DNA of 64,000 nucleotides from assembly GCF_057098645.1 (NCBI RefSeq), contig NZ_CM169472.1; one strand, given 5' to 3'. A program made the translations under genes and the position numbers. Below are positions 17,276 through 31,990 of this stretch, piece after piece. The first letter of the stretch is position 1. Every line of letters begins with the position of its first letter. The notes below the pieces were generated by a model. That model saw nothing but the letters and a program-made list of their open reading frames with translations. It was not told the origin of the DNA and made no database searches.

Positions 17276-18043
17276 TTATTGTCCTGGTGATTCGGATGAT
17301 CTGTCGTACATGACACATAAACACTCATCAATCATCCACTTGTCTTCCCAGACCTGATACTGTGTGCCCTGTTCGGACTGCTTAAGCGGGTTCTCAATCG
17401 CCTGCCGCGCGCGTTCTTTCAGGATGGATTGATTGTTGTCAGCCCAGGTATTGATTTGGGCGGTAATGGCATTATCGATATCGTCCTGGTTATCTCTGAT
17501 ATAACCTTCACGATACTGGTTCAATAAACAGGCAAGTGAAGCTGCCGACCAAAAGCCGGGAATTGAATTAACGGCATCAAGCAATGGCGCAAGAGCGATA
17601 TCGGCACGGAAAAACATTTCCAGCATATACTGTAATTCGACAGCTTCATCGCCGGATACCCAATCAGTCATATACTGGCAGGCAAATCGCTGTAAAATTG
17701 CCCGTTCATCCGCACGCCAGTTTTCTTTGTTGGCAAGGTTGATACGGCGCAGAGAAAAAACTACGTGAATATTGTCAAAATGCCCCTGTGCAACAAATTC
17801 CAGTAAACGCGGCAGAAAATAGCGGACCTCATCGCTATTTTGCGGATCAGGCTCTGGGCTACTATTCCAGGCATTGATTAAGGAATACGGGATCGCTCGT
17901 AACGATGTACTCCGTAATGCCTTTTGTTCCTGCTGACTCAGGCAATATTCACAACAAACCACAAATTTCTGCGGCACCGGATAACGACGAAAAATATGAT
18001 AAATCTGCTCAATTAATGCCTGCATGGCGGGGCTGGGTTGCAT
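17276..18043 (-). CDS. uncharacterized soluble protein (island gene 3)
   Basis: 255 aa ORF with strong GAGGGGG Shine-Dalgarno, 2 nt after the upstream stop; contains a CCEYC motif; no recognisable family. Confidence 0.6.
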   Translation of the reverse strand: MQPSPAMQALIEQIYHIFRRYPVPQKFVVCCEYCLSQQEQKALRSTSLRAIPYSLINAWNSSPEPDPQNSDEVRYFLPRLLEFVAQGHFDNIHVVFSLRRINLANKENWRADERAILQRFACQYMTDWVSGDEAVELQYMLEMFFRADIALAPLLDAVNSIPGFWSAASLACLLNQYREGYIRDNQDDIDNAITAQINTWADNNQSILKERARQAIENPLKQSEQGTQYQVWEDKWMIDECLCVMYDRSSESPGQ

Positions 18044-18045
18044 AA

Positions 18046-18756
18046 TTACCCCCTCGCCAGCTGATCACGTGTAAACGGTTGATAGACAAAACGAGCATTC
18101 GCCGCGTTCAGGCGAATAAGGGCGCTACGCGAAAGGGAAAAGCTGGGGCGAATGCAACTATTGCAGTCTCGACAGCTTTCCTCTGCGCAATTTTCCACTG
18201 AGTAATGACGCGTGTAGAGTTTCAGTTCGGCCTGCTTATCGCGAAATCCGCGTAAACTGTTATTGTTATGAAATTTCCAGGCATCTTTAAAGACCTGAAA
18301 GATATAGACATCCTCAATCCAGGAGTCACATTTTTTAAGCGGGCGCTTTGCTATTATCACCCGCTCATCCGGATTTAGCATCGCCGTAAATTGTACGGTG
18401 ACGTCATTTGTCGTGTTCAGGTCACATTGAACATCTGGTACATCACTGATATAGGGGTCAAATCCAAAATCAGCACCACAGGCACAAAGACGGCTAATGG
18501 TGGCGGTATCGAGGGAAAATCCCGGCCATACCTTGCTGGACGTTAAGCCAATATTTAATGTGACATCATATCGAAGCAATCCCTCAAGACCGTCAGCACC
18601 GACGAACTTTTCCCCTTCATCCAGGACCTGGTTAATAAGTTGCTGAACAATGCCTTCATCCCAGTATGCCGATTTGCAGTTGGCAATCGTAATATCCACG
18701 CCTGTGAAGGGATCAGTACCGGCAAGGCTTGCAAATAATGTATTAACTAATTCCAT
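18046..18756 (-). CDS. uncharacterized soluble Cys-rich protein (island gene 2)
   Basis: 236 aa ORF with a C-terminal C-x4-C-x2-C-x2-C cluster (CAEESCRDCNSC); 15 nt downstream of gene 1. Confidence 0.6.
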   Translation of the reverse strand: MELVNTLFASLAGTDPFTGVDITIANCKSAYWDEGIVQQLINQVLDEGEKFVGADGLEGLLRYDVTLNIGLTSSKVWPGFSLDTATISRLCACGADFGFDPYISDVPDVQCDLNTTNDVTVQFTAMLNPDERVIIAKRPLKKCDSWIEDVYIFQVFKDAWKFHNNNSLRGFRDKQAELKLYTRHYSVENCAEESCRDCNSCIRPSFSLSRSALIRLNAANARFVYQPFTRDQLARG

Positions 18757-18771
18757 TTTTATTATCCAGCT

Positions 18772-20289
18772 TTAAGGTAGCGTCTTATACATCGGGACAT
18801 AACCTACATCTTCCACCAAACTCTGCCCCTGCGGCGTTAAAAACCATTCCACCAATTTTTGTGTCTCTGACGTCGTATTTTCCCTCGTTACCATAAAGGC
18901 ATCGACGATATAGGGATATTTGCCGTTGCGAATATTTTCCGCAGTCGGTGCAATACCGTTAATCGCTAGCAGTTTTATATTTTTATCGGCGTTCATTTGT
19001 GTTGCGTAATAACGGAAGGTGTAACCTATTGCGTTGTTTGTATTACGATATTCGGCAACGACTTTAATCATTCCCTCCATTACGCTTGCCACTTCGGTTT
19101 CCTGCGGCGAGATCATGCGGACATTTTTCATGACCTGTGATTGCATCACTGTCTGGCTGCCAGAGTCTTCCGGGCGCTGCCAGGTCTGGATCTCCTGATC
19201 GTTACCGCCAACAGTACGCCAATTGGTAATTGCACCACTGAAAATGTCACGCACCTGTTGTTCAGTCAGGGAATTAACCGGATTATCCGCATTGACGATG
19301 AAAACGAATGCTTCACGGGCAAAGGGGGTGTACAGCAAAGTGACACCAGATTCCTTTGCACGTTTTTTTTGCCCACCGGAAGGTTGCGCCACGAAAATAA
19401 TATCAGCATCGCCCTTAACGATTTTGTTATATGCTTCTGGCGTACGAGAGTTTTCCAGATAATCCCAAACGTGAAAATCCTCTGGTATTACACTTAATGC
19501 ATAAAATGCAGAAGCATAAATTGGGTACGCAGCCGTGGCGCCATCGATTCGCGGCCAGTTTTGCCTAAACTGAATTTGCGGTTTGCCACGCAGCGGCGTC
19601 AGTCGATTATTGAGTTTATCGGGTTGCCAGGCCCAGATATCAATATTTTCGCGTACACCGACACCAGGATTGAGCTGTTTATATAAATAACCCTGATAAC
19701 CAGCGACAAAACCAAGCATGAGAAGGATAAACAGGAGGGAATTACGGCAACGTAGCCCGGATGTACCGGTTAAAGGATGTCTGGTTGGCCGGCCGTACCC
19801 CAGCGAAAAACTGATATGCGCGCCAACGGGTATAATGACTATCCACCAGTACTCACCTCCGACTACTGAGACTAACAAAACGCCCAGCCAGGGGAGCATA
19901 AGATCAGCCAACCAACCCGATCCCATCTGGTGAAATTGATAATCTGCCAGATGCAGCGCGATTATCCAGCCAACCAGGATTAATAAAGCGGGTACTAAAA
20001 AAAGACATTGTCGCCAGACGGCTATTTCTCTTTTTTCTGGTGCACTATCGCCTGCCCATACTCGCCCCGAGAAAAATAGCATTAATGCGCCCAGCGCCAG
20101 CATAAAAATGTTGAGCAGAAGGTAAATTGTTGGCGTGATAAGGATATTACAAACTTCAATAATACCGGCAAGTCCGACACCCAGCATAGCAACAACCGCC
20201 GCCAAAAATTGCGTCAGTATGGGGATGCCGAAAAAAGTCATTACCAGCGAGGACAAAATCCATTTTCTGTTTTGCATTATTCTTTCCAT
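18772..20289 (-). CDS. membrane protein fused to a PstS-like periplasmic binding domain (island gene 1)
   Basis: 505 aa ORF: N-terminal ~200 aa with several TM helices, C-terminal region resembling the PstS/PBP-like anion-binding fold; alternative start at 20277. Confidence 0.65.
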   Translation of the reverse strand: MERIMQNRKWILSSLVMTFFGIPILTQFLAAVVAMLGVGLAGIIEVCNILITPTIYLLLNIFMLALGALMLFFSGRVWAGDSAPEKREIAVWRQCLFLVPALLILVGWIIALHLADYQFHQMGSGWLADLMLPWLGVLLVSVVGGEYWWIVIIPVGAHISFSLGYGRPTRHPLTGTSGLRCRNSLLFILLMLGFVAGYQGYLYKQLNPGVGVRENIDIWAWQPDKLNNRLTPLRGKPQIQFRQNWPRIDGATAAYPIYASAFYALSVIPEDFHVWDYLENSRTPEAYNKIVKGDADIIFVAQPSGGQKKRAKESGVTLLYTPFAREAFVFIVNADNPVNSLTEQQVRDIFSGAITNWRTVGGNDQEIQTWQRPEDSGSQTVMQSQVMKNVRMISPQETEVASVMEGMIKVVAEYRNTNNAIGYTFRYYATQMNADKNIKLLAINGIAPTAENIRNGKYPYIVDAFMVTRENTTSETQKLVEWFLTPQGQSLVEDVGYVPMYKTLP

Positions 20290-20404
20290 TCTTTCTGAAT
20301 GGCGAAATTATACTCCCCGAGTCCCCTTGCCCCTTCTGGACACTTTTCCGAAATGATGGCGAAAAAAACGGGACCCTTTGGCCCCGTTCTATTTATTGGT
20401 GAAA

Positions 20405-22870
<2,466 letters not shown>

Positions 22871-24304
22871 CTATTTCAAGCGATAGTAAAGCTCACGGTA
22901 CGACTTCGCCGCGACCTGCCAGCTAAAATCCATTGCCATAGCCTGACGTTGCACAAACCGCCACAGTGAAGGACGGGACCACAGTACAAAAGCACGTCGA
23001 ATAGCCCGTAACAGCGACCAGGCATTACTATCTTCAAAGACAAACCCACTGGCGACGCCATCTGCAAGGTTCTCAAGAGAACAGTCAGAAACCGTATCAG
23101 CAAGCCCACCGGTGCGCCGCACTAACGGCAGCGTACCGTACTTCAATCCATAAAGTTGCGTTAAGCCGCACGGTTCAAAACGGCTGGGCACCAGAATGAC
23201 GTCCGCGCCGCCCATAATGCGATGCGAAAATGCTTCGTGATAGCCAATCTGAACGCCCACCTGGCCGGGGTATTCCGCTGCCGCCGCAAGGAAACCTTCC
23301 TGCAGCACCGGATCGCCCGCGCCGAGTAGCGCCAGCTGCCCGCCCTGCTCCAGAAGGCCCGGTAAGGCTTCCAGCACCAGGTCGAGACCTTTCTGGCTGG
23401 TCAGACGGCTCACCACTGCAAAAAGCGGCACTTTATCGTCAACCTTAAGCCCCATTGCGATTTGTAACTGGCGCTTATTTTCCGCTTTATCTTCCAACGT
23501 ATCGCGGGTGTAACGCGAGGCCAACAGTAAGTCCGTCTCTGGACTCCAGATTTTCTCGTCCACGCCGTTCAGTACGCCGGAAAGACGCCCTTCACGGTGA
23601 CGCTGTTGCAACAGACCTTCCATACCGTAGGCAAACTGCGGTTCGGTGATCTCGCGAGCGTAGGTTGGACTGACCGCCGTAATGTGATCGGCATAGTACA
23701 GACCGGCCTTCAGGAAAGAGATTTGTCCGTTGAATTCCAGCCCATGAATATTAAAGAATGACCATGGCAATTGGATGTCATTCATGTGATGTGCATAAAA
23801 CATGCCTTGATAGGCCAGGTTGTGCACAGTAAACACCGACTTCGCCGGACGCCCGCGCGCCGCCAGATATGCAGGCGCAAGGCCTGCATGCCAGTCGTGC
23901 GCATGCACCACATCAGGACGCCAGAATGGGTCAAGCCCGCTGGCCATTTCTGCCCCAACCCACCCCAGCAGCGCAAAACGCAATACGTTGTCGGTATAGG
24001 CAAATAAGTTGGTATCGTGATACGGGCTTCCCGGACGATCATAGAGATGCGGCGCGTCAATCAGGTATATGCCAACCCCGTTGTAATGACCGAACAACAG
24101 CGTGATATGTCCGGCGAAGGTATCACGACGGGATACTACCTGCGCATCGGTCACGCCACGGCGAATATCGGGAAATGCAGGCAACAGTACGCGAGCGTCA
24201 ACGCCGTCTGCGATTTGTGCTGCGGGTAATGCCCCAATAACATCAGCCAGACCGCCGGTTTTAAGCAGCGGGAACATCTCTGAACATACATGTAAAACCT
24301 GCAT
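22871..24304 (-). CDS. glgA: glycogen synthase
   Basis: 477 aa ORF with GlgA family sequence. Confidence 0.95.
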
Positions 24305-25599
24305 TATCGCTCCTGTTTATGCCCTAACTTCCGTAGCATTTCGCGCGTTACCAGCACGATGCCTTCTTCTGAACGATAGAAACGACGTGCATCTTCCTCT
24401 GCGTTTTCACCAATCACCATGCCTTCCGGAATAACACAAGCACGATCAATGACGCAGCGGCGCAGACGGCACGAGCGACCTACCCATACTTCCGGTAACA
24501 ATACGGCGGAATCAATGTTGCAGAATGAATTCACGCGAACGCGCGAGAACAGAACGGACTGCACCACCACCGAACCGGAGATCACACAACCGCCGGAAAC
24601 CAGTGAGTTAAGGGTCATCCCGTGGCTACCGGAGCGATCCTGCACGAATTTCGCTGGCGGTAATGATTCATTGTAGGTGCGAATTGGCCAATTGCGATCG
24701 TACATATCCAGCTCCGGTACCACAGAGGCCAGATCGAGGTTCGCTTTCCAGTAAGCTTCCAGCGTACCCACATCGCGCCAGTACGGCTCGGCATCCGGGT
24801 CGGATTGTACGCAAGAGAGCGGGAACGGGTGCGCATAGGCCAGACCGGCTTCGGTGATCTTGGGAATCAAATCTTTGCCAAAGTCGTGGCTGGAGTTCTC
24901 ATCGCGATCGTCTTCTTCCAGCAGTTCATACAGATAGTCGGCGTCAAAGACGTAGATACCCATACTCGCCAGAGATTTGCTCGGATCGTTCGGCATTGAC
25001 GGCGGGTTAGCAGGTTTTTCAACGAATTCGATAATTTTATCGTTCTCATCAACCGCCATAACGCCAAATGCGGAGGCTTCTTCAATCGGTACTGGCATAC
25101 AAGCAACGGTGCAACGTGCGCCTTTTTCGACGTGATCGATAAGCATACGCGAGTAGTCTTGCTTGTAGATATGGTCGCCCGCCAGGATCACCACGTATTC
25201 CGCTTTATAACGGCGGATAATATCGAGGTTTTGGGTGACCGCATCTGCGGTGCCGCGATACCAGTTTTCCCCTTTCATTCTCTGCTGTGCTGGCAGCAGA
25301 TCGACAAACTCGTTCATTTCTTCATTGAAGAATGACCAGCCGCGCTGAATGTGCTGCACCAGAGTGTGGGACTGGTACTGGGTGATCACGCCCATACGAC
25401 GGATCCCGGAGTTGATGCAGTTAGACAGCGCAAAGTCGATAATGCGGAACTTACCGCCGAAGTGTACGGCCGGTTTTGCTCGCTTATTGGTTAAATCCTT
25501 CAGGCGGGTACCACGTCCTCCCGCCAGTATCAGGGCAACAGATTTCAATGGCAGCTGGCGCGCCAACATTAAGTGATCGTTCTTCTCTAAACTAACCAT
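24304..25599 (-). CDS. glgC: glucose-1-phosphate adenylyltransferase
   Basis: Start placed at [17 protein letters not shown] (431 aa) within the 443 aa ORF. Confidence 0.95.
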
Positions 25600-25616
25600 G
25601 ACTAACTCCTTTTTTA

Positions 25617-27590
25617 TCATCTCTGGAACACACACAATCCGTGTGCAGGTCCCTGCCAGACAGCCGTAATCACTGGGTTATCCTCTCCAGCGAATGGGGG
25701 AATGGCGTGCCACTCCCCAGCAGGTAAAACAATCTCTGTTACCTCAAGCGTGGCGTTAATTGCGATCAAAAAGCGATCCGAGAGCAGAATTTGCAGCTGT
25801 TTCGGCCCGTTTTGCCACTCATCCGTGCTTAAAGGTTGAGCATATCGATTTAGCCAACGGACATTGCCGTCGCCTTCTTCCCACCAGCGATTCTCCACCA
25901 AAGCGGGAATACGCTTGCGCAGATGGATTAACGCGGCGGTAAATGCGGTTAAACCACTGCTTGCCTGCGACCAGTCCAACCAGGTTAATTGGTTATCCTG
26001 ACAGTAGGCATTGTTATTGCCATGCTGGCTGTGACCATGTTCGTCACCGGCCAGTAACATCGGCGTGCCCTGGGAGAGCAACAACGTTGTTAACAGGGCA
26101 TGAATGCTGTCGCGCCGCCGTTCAACCAGATCAAGAGTACCGCCTAACCCTTCTTTACCATGATTGTTACTGTAATTGTTGTTGGTCCCGTCGCGATTTT
26201 CTTCTCCGTTTGCTTCATTGTGTTTATGGTTGAAGCAAACGCAGTCGCGAAGCGTAAAACCGTCATGTGCGGTGACGAGATTAATCGCGGCACTCGGCAG
26301 ACGACCATTACGTTTAAAAACATCGCTGGAGGCAGCAAAACGCCCGGCAAACGCCCCCAGAGGCAAATCATAATGCAGCCAGAAACGACGGGCAGCATCG
26401 CGGAAATGATCGTTCCACTCGGCAAACAGCGGCGGGAAATTTCCCACCTGATAACCACCAGGAGCGATATCCCACGGTTCAGCAATTAACTTCACCTGCG
26501 AGAGCACCGGGCAGTTCTGGATTGCGGTAAACAACGGCGCATCCTGACGGAACTCTGGCGTACGGCCCATGACTGCCGCCAGATCAAAGCGGAAACCATC
26601 GACGTGGCAGGTTTCTACCCAATAACGCAGGCAAGCGCTGGCATAATCCACCACCGCCGGGTGACTCAAATTGAGCGTGTTGCCACAACCGGTCCAGTTG
26701 TGATAATCGCCGTCTTCTCTTATCCAATAATAGCTACGGTTGTCGATCCCACGCAGCGAGAATAACGGGCCGTCGAGGTCCAGTTCCGCACTATGGTTGA
26801 GTACGATATCAAGAATGACTTCGATACCCGCTTTATGCAGTGCTTTGATTGCATCGCGAAACTCATCCAGCGCCGTTTCTGGCGAGCAGGCATACGCCGG
26901 ATGCAGCGCAAACATCGCCACCGGGTTGTAACCCCAGTAGTTACTTAGCCCCATGCGTTGCAGACGTGGTTCACTGGCAAACTGCGCCACTGGCAGCAGT
27001 TCCAGCGCGGTAATGCCCAATTGTTTCAAATAGTTGATCATCACCGGATGCCCGAGGGCTTTATAAGTGCCACGGATCTCGACCGGGATCTCCGGGTGCA
27101 GGTACGTTAATCCTTTAACATGGGCTTCATAAATGATGGTGCTGCCCCACGGCGTGCGCGGCGGGGCATCATCTTCCCAGTCATAGTGATCAACCACCAC
27201 TACGCATTTCGGCGCAATGGCGGCGTTGTCGCGATAGTCAGGTTCATTATGACCGGCGTGCAGCAGCGGGTTATCTTTAAATTCCCCGTCAATTTGCCGC
27301 GCGCAAGGATCAATCAACAACTTCGCCGGGTTAAAGCGATGCCCCTCGGCGGGTTGCCAGGGGCCATGAACGCGATAACCATAACGCAAACCCGGGCGCG
27401 CATCCGGCAGATAACCGTGCCAAATGTCGCCACTGTGCCCTGGCAAGTCATAGCGATGTTCCTGGCCATTGGCGTCAAAGACACACAGCTCTACCCGCTC
27501 GGCATGAGCGGAGAAAAGTGTGAAGTTGACGCCCTGACCGTCGTAATGCGCGCCGAGGGGAGCGGGCTTGCCAATGGCGAGTTGTGTCAT
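25617..27590 (-). CDS. glgX: glycogen debranching enzyme
   Basis: 657 aa ORF of the GH13 debranching family; overlaps the glgB stop. Confidence 0.95.
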
Positions 27591-29773
27591 TCTGCCTCCC
27601 GAACCAGCCAGATAGTGGCCAGCGGTGGTAGCGTCAGGCTTAGTGAATGCTGACGACCGTGGCTGGCAATCTCATCGCTGTGTACCGTGCCGCCATTGCC
27701 TGCATTACTGCCGTGATAGTGCATGGAATCGGTATTGAGGATCTCACGCCATTTGCCTGGCTGATTAATGCCGAAGCGATAATCATGACGCGGCACCGGC
27801 GTAAAGTTACTGGCAACGATGATTTCGTTACCCTCTTTATCGCGACGCACAAAGATCAGCACCGAGCGTTCTTTGTCATCCACCACCAGCCATTCAAAGC
27901 CGTACGGGTCAAAATCCAGTTCATGCATCGCTTTATGGTGGCGGTAGGTGAGGTTCAGATCGCGCACCAGACGCTGGACACCGTGGTGCCAGTTATCGCC
28001 GCCTTCCAACAGATGCCAGTCGAGGCTGGCGTCATGGTTCCACTCGCGGCCCTGGGCAAATTCGTTCCCCATGAACAGCAGTTTCTTGCCCGGAAATGCC
28101 CACATCCAGCCATAGTAAGCGCGCAGGTTAGCGAATTTCTGCCATGCGTCGCCCGGCATCCGGTCGAGAATCGATTTTTTACCGTGGACCACTTCATCAT
28201 GCGACAACGGCAGGACGAAGTTTTCAGTGTAGTTGTAGAGCATCCCGAAGGTAAGTTTATCGTGATGATACTGACGATAAATCGGGTCGAGTTTCATGTA
28301 GTCCAGGGTGTCATGCATCCAGCCGAGGTTCCACTTGTACCAGAAGCCCAGACCGCCCATATCCTGCGGACGAGAAACGCCAGGGAAATCGGTAGACTCC
28401 TCAGCCATTGTCACCGCACCGGAAACCTGCTCACCAAGAATACGGTTGGTATTACGCAAGAATTCAATCGCTTCAAGATTCTCGCGCCCGCCAAATTCGT
28501 TCGGGATCCACTCCCCCTCTTTACGGCTGTAGTCGCGATAAATCATTGACGCCACCGCATCGACGCGCAGCGCATCAATACCAAAACGTTCAATCCAGTA
28601 AAGCGCGTTACCGACAAGGAAGTTACTGACTTCACGGCGACCATAGTTGTAGATTAGCGTGTTCCAGTCCTGATGATAGCCTTCACGCGGATCGCTGTGT
28701 TCATACAAGTTCGTGCCATCAAATTCGGCAAGCGCAAAGTCATCAGTCGGGAAGTGGCCTGGCACCCAGTCGAGAATCACGTTCAGACCAGCTGCGTGTG
28801 CGGCATCAATGAAATAACGGAAGTCGTCGCGAGTACCAAAACGGCGGGTCGGTGCATACAGGCCGGTTGGCTGATAACCCCAACTGCCATCGAAGGGATG
28901 CTCGTTAATGGGCAGTAGTTCGAGGTGGGTAAAGCCCATCCATTTAGCATAAGGCACCAGTTGATCGGCCAGCTCGCGGTAGCTCAACCAGAAATTGTTG
29001 TCGGTGTGGCGACGCCAGGAGCCCAGGTGAACTTCATAAATAGAGATTGGCGCATCAAACTGATTCGCTTTTTTGCGCTCTTCAGTCTGTACAACCTTTT
29101 CCGGCAGCCCGCAAATAAGAGACGCGGTTTCCGGGCGCATTTGCGCTTCGAAGGCATAAGGGTCGGACTTCAGACGCAAGTTGCCATTGGCATCAATCAT
29201 CTCGTATTTATAGAGCTGACCGTTATGCGCCCCAGGGATAAACAGTTCCCAGATGCCGCTCTCTTTACGCAGGCGCATCGGGTGACGGCGACCGTCCCAG
29301 TAGTTGAATTGCCCAACCACCGAGACCCGACGGGCGTTTGGAGCCCAGACAGAGAAACGCGTACCTGTGACGCCATCCATAGTATCTGCATGCGCGCCTA
29401 AGGTTTCATACGGGCGCAGGTGAGTACCTTCAGATAATAGCCAGGCATCCATTTCCTGGATTAGCGGACCAAAACGGTAAGGATCATCAATCAGGTTTTG
29501 CTGACCATGCCAGACAACAGCCAACTGATAGCGGAAAAAATTCTTACGTCGCGGAATGACGCCGCTAAAGAATCCCCGTGAGTCGAGACACTCCAGTTTT
29601 GCGAGTTTGCGCCCGGTTTTCGGTTCAATCACCCACACATCGGTAGCGTCGGGTAAAAGGGCACGGACTTCCAGTCCCGCGGTGGTTTTATGCATTCCCA
29701 GTACGGAAAAAGGATCCGCAAAATGGCCTGCAATTAGCGCGTTAATCACGTCTCTATCGATACGATCGGACAT
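27587..29773 (-). CDS. glgB: 1,4-alpha-glucan branching enzyme
   Basis: 728 aa ORF with GlgB family sequence. Confidence 0.95.
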   Translation of the reverse strand: MSDRIDRDVINALIAGHFADPFSVLGMHKTTAGLEVRALLPDATDVWVIEPKTGRKLAKLECLDSRGFFSGVIPRRKNFFRYQLAVVWHGQQNLIDDPYRFGPLIQEMDAWLLSEGTHLRPYETLGAHADTMDGVTGTRFSVWAPNARRVSVVGQFNYWDGRRHPMRLRKESGIWELFIPGAHNGQLYKYEMIDANGNLRLKSDPYAFEAQMRPETASLICGLPEKVVQTEERKKANQFDAPISIYEVHLGSWRRHTDNNFWLSYRELADQLVPYAKWMGFTHLELLPINEHPFDGSWGYQPTGLYAPTRRFGTRDDFRYFIDAAHAAGLNVILDWVPGHFPTDDFALAEFDGTNLYEHSDPREGYHQDWNTLIYNYGRREVSNFLVGNALYWIERFGIDALRVDAVASMIYRDYSRKEGEWIPNEFGGRENLEAIEFLRNTNRILGEQVSGAVTMAEESTDFPGVSRPQDMGGLGFWYKWNLGWMHDTLDYMKLDPIYRQYHHDKLTFGMLYNYTENFVLPLSHDEVVHGKKSILDRMPGDAWQKFANLRAYYGWMWAFPGKKLLFMGNEFAQGREWNHDASLDWHLLEGGDNWHHGVQRLVRDLNLTYRHHKAMHELDFDPYGFEWLVVDDKERSVLIFVRRDKEGNEIIVASNFTPVPRHDYRFGINQPGKWREILNTDSMHYHGSNAGNGGTVHSDEIASHGRQHSLSLTLPPLATIWLVREAE

Positions 29774-30045
29774 GCTTGTCTTCCTGTTTTATTGTGTCAC
29801 CCCATCCAATTGGATTTTTGACTTCTGGTTGTGACATTTTTTTGACCTGAACGGCGCAGCACTCTGTGCATCCTCTCTGCGTCGTCCTCACTTCAGGTAA
29901 GGCTGTGAATACTCATGTATTCAGCCACCCTTAAAGAATAGCCAATGCTCTATTTAACTCCCGGTAAATCATGAAACATCTGCGCTTACTCCTGTATTAC
30001 GCACTAACAGGGGCGGCATCGCGCCCCAGATTTAATGAATAAAGA

Positions 30046-31149
30046 TTACGCCAGTTGACGAAGCATCCGACGCAGCGGCTCCGCGGCCCCCCACAGCAGC
30101 TGGTCGCCCACGGTAAAGGCTGACAGGAACTCTGGTCCCATATTCAGCTTACGCAGGCGGCCTACCGGCGTGGTCAGCGTGCCGGTAACGGCAGCTGGGG
30201 TTAGCTCACGCATAGTGATTTCCCGATCGTTCGGAACGACTTTCGCCCACGGATTGTGCGCAGCCAGCAGTTCTTCCACGGTCGGAATCGACACATCTTT
30301 TTTCAATTTAATAGTGAATGCCTGGCTGTGGCAGCGCAATGCCCCGACACGCACACATAAACCATCTACCGGAATTACGGAAGATGTGTTGAGGATCTTG
30401 TTGGTTTCCGCCTGCCCTTTCCACTCTTCGCGGCTCTGACCGTTATCGAGCTGTTTGTCGATCCACGGAATCAGGCTACCCGCCAGCGGCACGCCAAAGT
30501 TATCCACCGGCAGCTCACCGCTACGGGTTAAGGTTGTGACTTTGCGTTCGATATCGAGAATAGCAGAGGACGGGGTCGCGAGTTCATCTGCTACATGGCC
30601 ATACAGATGGCCCATCTGGGTTAATAACTCACGCATATGTCGCGCACCACCGCCGGAAGCGGCCTGGTAGGTTGCAACGGACACCCAATCAACAAGATCA
30701 TTGGCGAATAAACCACCCAACGACATCAACATCAGGCTTACGGTACAGTTACCGCCAACAAAAGTCCTGATGCCATTATTTAATCCGTCGGTAATGACGT
30801 CCTGATTGACGGGGTCAAGAATGATGATGGCGTCATCTTTCATGCGCAGAGACGATGCTGCGTCAATCCAGTAACCCTGCCATCCGCTTTCACGAAGCTT
30901 TGGATAGATTTCGTTGGTATAATCGCCGCCCTGACAGGTCACAATGATATCGAGGGCCTTTAGCGCCTCCAGATCAAAGGCATCCTGAAGTGTGCCAGTG
31001 GTTCCGCCAAAAGACGGCGCAGCCTGACCAAGCTGAGAAGTAGAAAAGAAGACAGGGCGAATGGCGTCGAAGTCGCGCTCTTCAACCATGCGTTGCATGA
31101 GAACGGAGCCGACCATACCGCGCCAGCCGATAAAACCAACATTTTTCAT
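30046..31149 (-). CDS. asd: aspartate-semialdehyde dehydrogenase
   Basis: Start placed at [16 protein letters not shown] (367 aa) within the 387 aa ORF. Confidence 0.95.
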
Positions 31150-31340
31150 AAGCGTTTTTTCCTGCAAAGATGTGTGCTGTATAAATGTGCCGGTCTCCTC
31201 TTGGCACATCTTTCACCATACAAAAAGCAGCCAAAGTCGCAAGTGAAATTAATCAATGATAGCGAAGCCATCAGTAATGCGACTTATCCTGCTTTGTTAG
31301 CACGCAGAAAGTCCGCGGCAATTATCAGGGAATTTGAGTT

Positions 31341-31934
31341 ATGAATGAAATCATTTCTGCAGCAGTTTTATTGATCCTGATTATGGATCCGCTCGGAAAC
31401 CTACCTATTTTCATGTCCGTACTGAAACATACTGAACCGAAAAGACGGCGGGCAATCATGGTGCGAGAGTTGCTTATTGCTCTCCTGGTGATGCTGGTGT
31501 TCCTGTTTGCGGGTGAGAAAATTCTGGCATTTCTTAGCCTGCGAGCAGAAACCGTCTCCATTTCTGGCGGCATCATTCTGTTTCTGATCGCCATTAAGAT
31601 GATTTTCCCCAGCGCTTCAGGAAATAGCAGCGGGCTTCCGGCAGGTGAAGAGCCATTTATCGTGCCGTTGGCAATTCCGTTAGTCGCCGGGCCGACTATT
31701 CTCGCCACGCTGATGTTGCTGTCTCACCAGTACCCAAATCAGATGGGACATCTGGTGATTGCTCTGCTGCTGGCTTGGGGCGGCACCTTTGTCATCCTGC
31801 TACAGTCTTCGCTATTTTTACGTCTGCTGGGCGAGAAAGGGGTGAACGCACTTGAACGCCTGATGGGATTGATTCTGGTGATGATGGCAACCCAGATGTT
31901 CCTCGACGGCATTCGAATGTGGATGAAGGGGTAA
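31341..31934 (+). CDS. yhgN: MarC-family inner membrane protein
   Basis: 197 aa hydrophobic ORF starting MNEIISAAVLLILIMDPLGNLPIF. Confidence 0.9.
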   Translation: MNEIISAAVLLILIMDPLGNLPIFMSVLKHTEPKRRRAIMVRELLIALLVMLVFLFAGEKILAFLSLRAETVSISGGIILFLIAIKMIFPSASGNSSGLPAGEEPFIVPLAIPLVAGPTILATLMLLSHQYPNQMGHLVIALLLAWGGTFVILLQSSLFLRLLGEKGVNALERLMGLILVMMATQMFLDGIRMWMKG

Positions 31935-31957
31935 CGAGGAGAGTTTTTCGAAAAGAG

Positions 31958-31981
31958 CCCGGTAGCGTCACAACTACCGGG
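31958..31981. terminator. stem-loop between convergent yhgN and gntU
   Basis: CCCGGTAGCGTCACAACTACCGGG forms an 8 bp GC-rich stem in the 56 bp gap between convergent genes. Confidence 0.5.
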
Positions 31982-31990
31982 CGAACAAAC

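Noticed and set aside
27647-28549. 300 aa plus-strand ORF
   Set aside because: Antisense within glgB; no ribosome-binding site and a non-protein-like composition.
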